Assembly: GCA_043806035.1 (NCBI GenBank)
Contig: JAZDHK010000041.1
Coordinates: 1 to 43,515 of the forward strand
Length of the DNA: 43,515 nt
Source: an archaeon
GTDB lineage: Archaea > Nanobdellota > Nanobdellia > Woesearchaeales > UBA9642
Direction of reading: 5' to 3'
This document shows positions 8,142 to 18,100 of this stretch, in pieces (positions within the stretch are counted from its first letter, which is position 1; the number at the start of each line of letters is the position of its first letter). Below the pieces are notes generated by a model that ran no database searches, was not told the DNA's origin, and saw nothing but the letters and a program-made list of their open reading frames with translations. A program made the position numbers and the translations under genes.

Positions 8142-8735
8142 TTACCATTCAATAAACGCTTGGATGGCATGTTCTTTTCTAAGCTGTATCAAGTTTTTTT
8201 CTTCAATTATCTTATCATCTGCAGTAATCTGTTTTGAATTGTATGCTTTCTTAATTTTTTCAACAAGAAATCTCCGTTCATGAGCTAATTTTTTTATGTC
8301 TTCATTGAAAAAGTATATTTGCAAATCTTCTCGTAATTTTTTTTGTTTACTTTCCATCCTGATGATATCCTTACAGATATGAAGAAATCCTTTGATACAT
8401 TTTTCATAATCTGAATCATCAAGCTGGTCGAGAAATATTCGTATGGTTTGTTTTAGTGCGGATATCTTGAATTGTATGTGTCGCATTCCATGGCCTTTTT
8501 TATGATGATGTATCATCGTTTCTTTTGATTCTGTTGTGCCCTCAACTAGATATTTTGCTGATGAGAGGCTTAGGTTATATTCATCCTCCACAAGAGAATT
8601 TGTTTCTTCGAGCTCTATCTTCGTACCTTTTTCTGAATAGGTTATTCTCCAAGTGTTTTCTGTTTCTGAACGTATGTTCTGAAGATGTTTTCGGTTAGCA
8701 TATTCCTGAAGTATGTATCTGCTTGAAGATTTCAT
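8142..8735 (-). CDS. Hypothetical protein with His cluster (candidate toxin)
   Basis: 197 aa with IHHHKKGHGMRHIQF. ATGA overlap with the upstream gene. Confidence 0.6.
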   Translation of the reverse strand: MKSSSRYILQEYANRKHLQNIRSETENTWRITYSEKGTKIELEETNSLVEDEYNLSLSSAKYLVEGTTESKETMIHHHKKGHGMRHIQFKISALKQTIRIFLDQLDDSDYEKCIKGFLHICKDIIRMESKQKKLREDLQIYFFNEDIKKLAHERRFLVEKIKKAYNSKQITADDKIIEEKNLIQLRKEHAIQAFIEW

Positions 8736-9400
8736 TTTAGTACCTTCATGATATCTGAATATAACGAATCTCGTGATAGATTTGTCCGATTATATGCCTG
8801 TTTCCATTTACTTTGGCTATTGTAATCATCAACTGTTTCTAACTCATACAACTTTACATCGAATGTTTCTTCTAAGATTTGTTTCACACAGATTAAATAA
8901 ATCATTTCCTTTTCTTTTTTAGGCAATGTTGAAGGGCTTGTCCATTTTTTGTCAATCTTTACATTTACGATGTCTAAATCAACTTCCCAGCCCATATTTC
9001 CATTTTGTACTGAACTGTCAAGATTTGCTGTTAATCTCTTCGATCTCAGAAGCGCTATGATTGACAGGTCATTGTAAGTGCAAACAACATCATAACACTT
9101 GTTGTCTAATTCTACACTGACTGTGGTTGAAGTTCTTGCATATTTTGTGCCTACGACATTGTCTTTAAAAATAACCTCGGTTCCACCACCGTATCCAGTT
9201 CCATCGTCAAATCCGTGACCTGAAGCAGTTCCTCCGCCATAACCAGGATCATCTAGCATACCAACCATTTTTATTAATCTTAACAGTATCTGCTCGTGGG
9301 TTTCCTTACCTTTGGCTAGAGATTCCAGCATTTTCTTGGTTCGCTCTGACAGCCGCAGCGATGTTTGCTTATCCCGAGTGCTTACTTTAATTGTGTTCAT
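8732..9400 (-). CDS. Protein with N-terminal RHH-like antitoxin domain and extended C-terminus
   Basis: TSLRLSERTKKMLESLAKGKETHEQILLRLI resembles the antitoxin at 7504. Start placed at ATG 9400. Confidence 0.65.
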   Translation of the reverse strand: MNTIKVSTRDKQTSLRLSERTKKMLESLAKGKETHEQILLRLIKMVGMLDDPGYGGGTASGHGFDDGTGYGGGTEVIFKDNVVGTKYARTSTTVSVELDNKCYDVVCTYNDLSIIALLRSKRLTANLDSSVQNGNMGWEVDLDIVNVKIDKKWTSPSTLPKKEKEMIYLICVKQILEETFDVKLYELETVDDYNSQSKWKQAYNRTNLSRDSLYSDIMKVLK

Positions 9401-9416
9401 TTCGATTACCTTAGTT

Positions 9417-9434
9417 TGTATGCAATGTATGCAA
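9417..9434. promoter_or_regulatory. Tandem TGTATGCAA x2, putative RHH autoregulatory operator
   Basis: Perfect 9-bp tandem repeat between an AT-rich TATA-like region (about 9444-9456) and the start codon at 9400. Confidence 0.4.
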
Positions 9435-9524
9435 AATATGCTTTGTATATTTAAATCTTTTGATTTTGAATAATGCTTTTTACTAAAAGTTGGTCTCTGC
9501 CATGTCACTTAACCGATTGTCCAG

Positions 9525-9537
9525 CGGGCGGGGCTAT
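9525..9537 (+). repeat. Direct repeat R3, tRNA-Gln-like 3' end
   Basis: CGGGCGGGGCTAT, 13 nt shared with R1 and R2. Confidence 0.75.
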
Positions 9538-9564
9538 GTGCTATTAACGATAGCAGCGTCATTC

Positions 9565-10140
9565 CTAATAATTTTCCTCATGCAGTTCGAAGAACGACTG
9601 CGGGTGCAGGCAGGCGGGGCATTTTGCGGGGGCGGTCGTCCCCTCATGCAGATAACCGCAGTTGCGGCACTTCCAGATGCGTTTTTCTCCACGCACGAAC
9701 ACTTTGCCTTCCTCAAGATTCGTGAAGAGCTTGACGTATCGTTCCTGATGCGCCTTCTCGACAGTCGCGATCATCCTGAACGCCACGGCAATGTCGGGGA
9801 AGCCTTCCTCCTGAGCAATTTTTGCGAATTCAGGATAGAGCATGGTCCATTCTTCATGCTCACCTTCAGCTGCCGCCTTGAGATTTTCAAGCGTTGTTCC
9901 TATCTTTCCTGCAGGATACGTCGCCGTTATCTGCACGGGCCTGCCTTCCAGGAACTTGAAGAACCGCTTTGCATGCTCTTTCTCATTGAGGGAGGTCTCT
10001 GCGAAGATGGCCGAGATTTGTTCCAGACCTTCTTTCTTCGCCTGCGACGAGAAATAATCGTAGCGCATGCGCGCCTGACTCTCGCCAGCGAATGCTTTGA
10101 GGAGGTTCTGTTCGGTTCTGGTTCCTTGGAGCGGTTTCAT
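9565..10140 (-). CDS. rbr: Rubrerythrin
   Basis: NLLKAFAGESQARMRY, EKEHA and EKAH, plus a C-terminal rubredoxin domain WKCRNCGY...CPAC. Confidence 0.95.
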   Translation of the reverse strand: MKPLQGTRTEQNLLKAFAGESQARMRYDYFSSQAKKEGLEQISAIFAETSLNEKEHAKRFFKFLEGRPVQITATYPAGKIGTTLENLKAAAEGEHEEWTMLYPEFAKIAQEEGFPDIAVAFRMIATVEKAHQERYVKLFTNLEEGKVFVRGEKRIWKCRNCGYLHEGTTAPAKCPACLHPQSFFELHEENY

Positions 10141-10214
10141 GATTTTCTTTTGTGTTCCGTGTTTATTAAGTTTCTGGCAATAGATTAATAAATGCGTGCT
10201 GCAAGGTAAGACTC

Positions 10215-10844
10215 ATGCGGCAACTCTATTTTGTCAAATCCCTCGAGGAGGATTTTCACACAAAATTGCTTCGTGGCAAGAAGAAAATAAACTTCCAAAG
10301 CCTCAATGATATGCTCCGCCGCAAGATGATCAAGCCGAACACCATGAGTTTTGGCAGAAAGCGCAGGTTGAGCACGACCATACTCAGCGATAACTATCTG
10401 AAGACGTATCGGCCGCAAGGTATCATCTTCACGACGGCAGAAAAGCCAGAGTACGTCCTGCCTTGTGATCTGGTGCTGTTCAGCAAGGCAGAGAAAATCG
10501 TTGTGCATTATTATCGCATCAAGAACAACCTGCATGAGTACTACAACCACGAGCTCATTTCCGGGTTTGAGCGATTCCTCTTCAAAACATTCAATGCGTT
10601 GCTCAAGACGTTCTCATCGCCAAAGCAAGTCTGGACTGCAGTCAATGCTTTTCGCAAGCGTGCCGGCTGCGGTGCGTTGCAAAAAGAAAAGTATCGTCTC
10701 GTGGAGTACAATGAGGCAGTCTTTCACAAGCCCATACGAATAGTGCCTGTGGCCATTTTCGGTTACCGAAAAGAAGCACGAACCCTGGCAAAAAAACACC
10801 ACCTTCCCCATCACATGTCGGCAAAAGCGTTCTGGAAGGCGTGA
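10215..10844 (+). CDS. Hypothetical protein (possible ADP-ribosyltransferase-like fold)
   Basis: 209-aa ORF filling the gap, with LSTT...GIIF...YNEAV motifs. Confidence 0.6.
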   Translation: MRQLYFVKSLEEDFHTKLLRGKKKINFQSLNDMLRRKMIKPNTMSFGRKRRLSTTILSDNYLKTYRPQGIIFTTAEKPEYVLPCDLVLFSKAEKIVVHYYRIKNNLHEYYNHELISGFERFLFKTFNALLKTFSSPKQVWTAVNAFRKRAGCGALQKEKYRLVEYNEAVFHKPIRIVPVAIFGYRKEARTLAKKHHLPHHMSAKAFWKA

Positions 10845-12038
10845 TTATTTGTTGCTCATAATCTCAATGACATCCAGATGCTGCAGCACATGATCCTTGC
10901 CTATGGGCAGGCGCTTCTTGACGTCCATAGCCTTCACGAAATTCTTTCCGAAATCAGTGTGTAATTTGTAGGCGAACTCGAGCGCAGTCGTCGTCCCGGG
11001 AAGCAAGAAGCAGTCAGGCAATACTCTGCCGTACTGGTCCTCTAGCTTGTGCATGCCGCCAGGGAATACTGCTTTATACTTCAGCAGTTCAAAGACGGCC
11101 CTGTTCAGCACGTCCTGCACCCCCGTAGACCCCCCCTGATCAAGAACAGTCGTCTTAATGAATGCGAGCGCTGCCTGCTGCTTGTCGCTGAGACTTCCTG
11201 TAATTTCGTAATTGTTCTCCCCAGGAACGTACTCAATGAGATTATGCTTTGCTGCTTCCTTTAATGCAAGCTCTGATTCTGCAGAAACAGGCACGATGAG
11301 ATACTCAGGAAATTCCTTTTGTAGCCGCTCATAATTCTCCTTGCCCGTGCTCACATCTATTTTGTTTGCGGCAATAATCATGGGCTTTGCCTTCTTCCTG
11401 AGCAAAGAGGCAAGATGATGCAAGTCATCCTCAGTCCATTCCAAAATTCTCCCTCTATCCAGCCGGAGCTTTTCGATGCTGTCTTTCACCATCAGCTCAT
11501 CAACACCCATTCCCGAAAGCTGCTTTGCTATTGCCCTGTCGACGTCAGCATGCTCCTGCTGCACTTGCCTCGAGAATCTCCCCCAGGTCTTTTTCATGAT
11601 ATCAAGATACCAAAAGTCAAGCTCCTCTTCAAGAAATTTGATGTCCTCCGTAGGATCCCTCGTTCCGGGTGGGACAGGTTCTCCCTTCTCGTTCGTGCTG
11701 CCAGAAACGTCAATGACGTGAATGAGCGCGTTCGCCATGTTCAGATCGGAAAGGAACTGGTTGCCCATGCCCTTGCCTTCATGGGCGCCAGGGACGAGGC
11801 CTGCTACGTCGATCATCTCTACAGGCACGAAGCGGTTGTGTTTGAGACAAAACCCTTCTCGAGGATTGCACTGCACCTTAAAAAAAGTGTCCACGCACGG
11901 GATCTTGACGTATCCTGCCCCCCTGTTCGGAGCTATAGTTGCAAAGGGATAATTCGCGATGAGCACTTCAGCCAAAGTTGTGGCCTTGAAAAACGTGCTC
12001 TTGCCTACATTTGCTTTTCCCACGACTCCTATGAGCAT
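10845..12038 (-). CDS. ychF: OBG-family translation-associated GTPase/ATPase (archaeal YchF/Ygr210 type)
   Basis: GKANVGKST, YPFAT, DVAGLVPGAHEGKGMGNQFL, NKID, and a C-terminal TGS domain (FAYKLHTD). Confidence 0.92.
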   Translation of the reverse strand: MLIGVVGKANVGKSTFFKATTLAEVLIANYPFATIAPNRGAGYVKIPCVDTFFKVQCNPREGFCLKHNRFVPVEMIDVAGLVPGAHEGKGMGNQFLSDLNMANALIHVIDVSGSTNEKGEPVPPGTRDPTEDIKFLEEELDFWYLDIMKKTWGRFSRQVQQEHADVDRAIAKQLSGMGVDELMVKDSIEKLRLDRGRILEWTEDDLHHLASLLRKKAKPMIIAANKIDVSTGKENYERLQKEFPEYLIVPVSAESELALKEAAKHNLIEYVPGENNYEITGSLSDKQQAALAFIKTTVLDQGGSTGVQDVLNRAVFELLKYKAVFPGGMHKLEDQYGRVLPDCFLLPGTTTALEFAYKLHTDFGKNFVKAMDVKKRLPIGKDHVLQHLDVIEIMSNK

Positions 12039-12107
12039 AAACAACAGCAAACGAGGACGGTATAAAAATGTTTCTGCGTATTGCTACTTTTTCATTTCAG
12101 CTAACTT

Positions 12108-12113
12108 TTTAAA
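12108..12113 (+). promoter_or_regulatory. TATA box of the giant phosphotransferase gene (probably leaderless)
   Basis: TTTAAA about 25 nt upstream of GTG 12136. Confidence 0.45.
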
Positions 12114-12135
12114 TGTACTGCCAAGAAAAAGAACC

Positions 12136-15100
12136 GTGTTCATCAAACCCTTCACTGCCTTAACTATGCGAGACGTTTCCATTGCCGGAGGCAAAGGTGC
12201 CTCTCTGGGAGAGATGCTGCAAGCAGGCATCCCCGTTCCCGACGGCTTTGTCATTCTTGCCAGCACATTCGACGTATTCCTCAAGACAAACAAACTCGAT
12301 GCCACCATAGCAGCCATTCTTGCAAAAACAGAACACGAAGAAACGGCAGCTGTAGAGGAATCATCAAGAAAGATACAGACACGTATCCTCAATGCGGCAA
12401 TTCCCAAAGGCATCCAAACGGAGATTACTGCAGCATTCGCGAAGCTTGACACGATGTACGTCGCCGTCAGAAGCTCAGCAACAGCCGAAGATTCCTCCAG
12501 CGCAGCCTGGGCGGGACAATTGGACAGCCATCTCAACACTACAAAAGCAACGCTCCTTGAGAATGTGAAGCGCTGCTGGTCCAGCCTCTTCACCCCCAGA
12601 GCCATTTTCTACAGGTTCGAACAGAAACTCGAGAACGAACACGTCTCCGTCGCTGTCGTCGTCCAAAAAATGGTGGAGAGCGAACGATCAGGCATAGCGT
12701 TCACCGTTCATCCAGTGACGCAGAACAGGCAAGAGCTGCTCATCGAAGCAGGCTACGGCCTTGGTGAGGCAATCGTTTCAGGGCAAGTGACGCCTGACAA
12801 CTACACCATTCTCAAAAATCTTACTATCAAGGAAAAGAATCTTGCCGAGCAGACACGGCAGATCGTCAAAGGACAGGACGGCGGCGTGATGTGGGTTCCA
12901 TGTACGAAACAAGGACAGACGCTCTCTGACAAGGAAATCATCGAACTCTCGCAAATACTCCTACGCATCGAAAAGCATTACGGCTTCCCCAGCGACATCG
13001 AATGGGCGTACGAGAAAGGAAAGTTCTACATCGTCCAGTCAAGGCCGATAACGACGCTCACACCAGAGGAACCAACCCCTGTTGTTCCCTCGGGGCAGGT
13101 TATGCTCACCAAAATATTCTCCCGACAGAAATCCCTGATGTACATGATGATGTGGGACATTTCTGAACGTATAGGATACAAGGATTTCATCAACTATGAC
13201 CTCAAGCACAGCGTCTTCATCTATGATGGGCTGACGAGAAAAACATCCGTATGGTATGACCTACAAGAAGCAGAGCACATCAAGCAATTGCTCTTTGCAA
13301 AAGTCAAGGCGGACAAGACCTTTGTTGGAAACATCATCGCAAGACTGGACAAGCACTGGAAGCTCATTTCACCTTATTTGCTGAAAAAGAGCAGCATACG
13401 CTCTATCAAAGAATTCGAGCAGTACTACTCGAACATCACGCAGTGGTGGTCGGCGATGAACACAGTCTATCCCTTGATCAACGATCCCGATCTCTCTCCT
13501 GCAGCAAGCAGGACGTTCCTGCTCTACCGAGAACGTACAGAACGCTACACGGGAGAGATGGACACTACCATCTGCAATTTTTGGAAAAAATTGCTCCATT
13601 CCGATTTGGCAGAATTTGTCCTTCTCGATGAGGCGATCAAACTCTCGAAAAAAGAGATTCCTGCAGAACGTAAATCGATAGAAGAGAGAAAACGAGGATT
13701 TGGCATCTACAAAGGCAAACTTTACACGCCGACGGCGCTGAAGCAACGTATGGAAGAGCAAGTCCTTTCTTTGCACAAGGTAGAAACGCAGAACGTGCAG
13801 CAATTTACAGGTGTTACTGCATTTAAGGGCAACGTGCGGGGGCGAGTGAAGAAAATCATCGTCCGAGAAGACATCCGTGACTTTCGGCAAGGAGAAATAC
13901 TCGTTGCAGAAACGACATTCCCCGATCACGTTCCCGCCATGAAGAAAGCTGCCGCCATCATCACGGACGAGGGAGGCATTACCTGCCATGCAGCGATAAC
14001 AGCAAGAGAACTCAAGATTCCCTGCATCATCGGGACAAAAATAGCGACGCAAACACTCAGCGACGGCGACCTCGTCGAAGTAGACGCCACCGCAGGCATC
14101 GTACGCATCCTGACTGAGCAAACGTCTTCTCTCGTCGACACGTTCATCGCAGATCAGCATGGTAAAGAGATCACAAAGCACGAAGGCAACTTCTCTCTTC
14201 TTGTCTGGGGGACGGCTGCATCGCTGCAATCAAGTCCACTCTACAAGAAATACTACGCTGGTGATTTTAGCAGTCTGCTTTTTCTCGTTGAAGAAAAACG
14301 TGGCATCGGCTTCTTCAACATGGACGCGTACAAGCGCTGCGCAGAACAGGCAATAGATCAATACGTGCACGATCGTTTTCCCTTACTTGATGCATGCAAA
14401 AAAATTTTCGTCACCATCAAAAAAATGTATGATACCTACACTACAGAGACGCTCAAGACGTTTTCGGGCAAAGCACTTGAACAGATTATCATTCTTGCAT
14501 TCCAGACCTGGCGTAATTTGCAAGTGCTCACCCTCTTCTGTGAGGCGCTCGATGAGCACATGGTTAAGGCATATGCTGATAAAGAAAAAATAAAGATTGA
14601 CATCAACAGTTTCTTTGAGCATGCGTCCCTGTGTGACTTCGAGGAATTCCTCGCTATACGAGATAGGGCTCTGCTCGAGGAGAAAAGACCCGCATGGGTG
14701 CTTTCTAGCTATCTCTTTACGCCGAAAGCGACACCTGCATTGATTAATCAACTGATCAAAGAATCAGGTGGGCAGAAGAAACTTCGAGAAGAACTGCAAC
14801 GCTCGCTCGACCAAACCAAGAAAAATAAACAGCGTTCTGCAGCGTACAGAACAACACTTTCTGGCAAAGTGTGCAAACTCTACGACTACGTCAAGACGGC
14901 CATTGCATTGCGGGACATGCGCAAGGCAGATACGTTCAAGAACATTGCAGTCCTCTCTGACAGTGTCAGAGAAATGTTCAAGCGCATGCATCTTGATGAA
15001 GAAAATATCATCTATGCTCGTGCAGAAGACTTTGAAGAGAAAACATACGAGAACAAAGACTATAATGCCCTTCTACAGAGGAGAAAGCACGGTGTTGCAG

Positions 15101-18100
15101 TCCTTTACAGTGCAGCTGTAACCAAGGAAGAATGTGTGCCTTTCGAGGAAACGCGAAACAAAATATTCTCAGTTCAGGATGCCGGAAAAGAAAAAGACGT
15201 TACGGGAAATTGCGCTTGTTCGGGGAAAGCACAAGGGGCAGCACGCATCATCCTGAGCAGCAAAGATTTCGAAAAATTCCAGCAAGGAGACGTTCTTGTC
15301 ACATCCATGACGAGACCTGAATTTGTCCCGCTCTTGAAGAAAGCGTCAGCCATCATCACCGACGAAGGGGGCATCACCTGCCACGCAGCAATCATCTCTC
15401 GTGAGTTAAAGATTCCTTGTATCATTGGCACTAAGCATGCAACACGCACAATTAAAGACGGTCAGCTGCTTGAGATTAATGCCTCTGCAGGAGTCGTGCG
15501 CATCATCGAGAACCAGCAGCAATGGACGAAGCTCTGGGAGGACAGGTCATACGGCCTTGGCATCGTCTGCAGCGCAGAAAATTCAGTAACAGAACAGTTC
15601 ACCAAACGGTTTGACGTCGCTATGCAACTTATTGTTATTAGATATGAGAACGGCAAAAGCTCCTGCTATTGTCTGACCAATGATTTGCGAGCAGGAGGAC
15701 AAAAGATCATCGCAAAAATCAGGACGAGCGACTTCGCAAAAAAGACAATAAACGAGGTTAGAGCAGAGACGGAGAAGCTGAAATCATCCATTTCCCCGAT
15801 ACTGGATATGGAATTGCAGAGCAAAAATTATGAGCAATTGACAAACATGTATCGTGACGTTTTGCAGCGCCTTGAAGAATTCTATGCGGTCGCATTCATC
15901 CCCATCTTCTTGGAGACGGGAGAGAACCAGCTCTCAGATGAGACAGAACGCATCATCAAAGAGGCACTCGCATGCGAGAAACGAGAAAAGGAATTTGCAG
16001 AAATCTTCACCGTACTGCTCACGCCAACGACTCCCTCAACCATCATGGAAGAAGAACTCGCCTTGCTCCGTACGCTCAAGCAACTACGCGGATCTCCCCA
16101 AGAAATACTGCAGAGCATCCTCGTCAAAAAACACATTCGTGATTGGTCCTGGATTAGCTTCAATTTCGTTGACAAGATAGAATGGGATGAGAGCGTCTAT
16201 GCGGACAGGATACGAAAGATACTGGCAGAGAAAAAAATCGATCAAAAAATGCGCGAAATCCTCGACTATTCAAAAACGATACAGAAAAAGCAAGAATCCA
16301 TTCTCAAGAGCATTCGCTTCTCAAAAGAGGAGTTAGCACTCATTACTGCAACACGTCAATTCGCTGAAGTGAAAGAATACCGGAAGAACATCATCACGCT
16401 ACTCTTCTACTGTTGTTTTATCATTCTCAAAGAATTGGCCAGCAAGAAGAAAAGATCTCTGCCGGATATGAACTTCCTCACTCCCAACGAGATAGCAGAG
16501 CAGAAATACACAGAGGCAAAGGAGAGAATGACGTATTCTGTCATCCTTGTCAAGGATGGCAAATCCACCATCCTCACTGGCGACACTGCGCGAAAGAAAG
16601 CAGAAGAACTGCAGCTTGACGCAGAAGAGAAGATTGCAAACGTCGATGAACTCAAAGGGACGCCCGCACAAATTGGAAACGCAAAAGGCACCGTGCGCAT
16701 CGTGAACTCATTTGCTGATGTCAAAAAAGTCCAGGAAGGAGATATTCTCGTGAGCATCGCGACGTTCCCTGACCTCGTACCTGCAATGAAAAGAGCGGGC
16801 GCCATCGTCACGGACGAAGGGGGAATGACCTGCCACGCTGCCATCATCTCCCGAGAGCTCAAGAAGCCCTGCATTATCGGGACGAAGATAGCGACGAAGG
16901 TGCTGCACGATGGTGATATTGTCGAAGTCGATGCAAATAACGGTCTTGTACGGCGAGTCACGGAAAAGAAAACGTTCACGAAATCATATACGAGAGACTT
17001 CTCCATCATCATGGAAGAGGCATGGTATCATGGCTGCACGAAAGGACTGCAGGACGTGTTCGGTTGGACGATGCAGCACCTGCCGTTCGCCATCTATTAT
17101 CTCAACCAAGGATCCATCGAGGTATGGGAGAATGAAAAAGCGCGTAAGGAACTGCTCGACCGCATCCTTGAAGCGAACAAAAAAACCGCATTCTTGCAGA
17201 ACGTCCAGAAGAAATACGCAGCACTGCTCAAGCAGCTAGAGCCATCCTGGAAAAAAGGATATGCGGAGAATCTTCCTGCATTCGCGCAATCCCTTTTTGC
17301 CATCATGCCTTACTTCGTCGTCCAATACTACACTGCACTTGATGAACGAACCCCTCCTGCTATTCGGAAATTGGCGCTTGGCATGCGCAACACCGACGTC
17401 TTGTTCGATTGTTGCGACAAGATAATCAGGACATCGTTACTCGGAAAATCCATCATCAGAGGAGTTGAGACCTGCGTGCTTGAAAAAGAGCTTGAAAAGA
17501 TCCCTCCACCAAACGTTCTTGAGGAGAGAAAGAAACATTTCGTCGTCATTCCCGGAACGGTTGAAGCATGTCTGCCTCTAGAAAAATATGTAGAACAGAA
17601 TCCTACCGTACAACTCGTGCACACCAAAGGAGATTTTGACGGGCAACGATTGCAGGGCACGTGTGCATTCAAAGGCAAGGCGTCAGGAACAGTCCGTATA
17701 CTAAGAACCAAGGACCAGATAGCGCTTATTCAGGAAGGGGACGTGCTTGTCTCGCCCATGACCACTCCTGACTTTCTGCCTGCCATGAAGAAGGCAGCTG
17801 CCATCATTACCGATGAGGGAGGGATAACGTGCCATGCAGCTATCACTGCCCGTGAGCTCAAGAAGCCAACGGTCGTTGGCACGGAAATAGCGACACACGT
17901 ACTCAAGGACGGCATGTACGTTGAAGTTGACGCAGATAACGGGCTGATTCTTTTGCAAAAAGGCCAAGACAATGCACAAAATAATGCATTCACGAAACTT
18001 GTCGAAGAAGTCAAGCAAACACCCATGGACATCCAGAAAGCACAAGGAAACATCTGCGGACCAGACCTCGTGTTTCCCGTGTACGCATCAGCATCCATAC

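Larger units (their letters stand above)
8110..9524. mobile_element. Mini-cassette 2 (AT-rich two-gene module) between R2 and R3, with subterminal inverted arms
   Basis: Arms at 8119-8142 and 9485-9508 match at 20 of 24 positions as an inverted repeat. The interior is markedly AT-rich. Confidence 0.7.

Noticed and set aside
7407-9537. CRISPR array or RNase P RNA interpretation of the GGGCGGGGCTAT repeats
   Set aside because: The spacers are 0.7 and 1.4 kb and contain genes, there are no cas genes, and no other RNase P conserved regions are seen.
9490-10188. 232-aa plus-strand ORF and other long antisense ORFs (e.g. 13369-14229, 24940-25659, 33586-34338, 38435-39034)
   Set aside because: They are shadows of well-supported genes on the opposite strand and have no recognisable motifs.
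11959-12135. Track start of the 2967-aa ORF
   Set aside because: It overlaps the ychF start on the opposite strand. PPDK-like sequence and the TATA position support GTG 12136.
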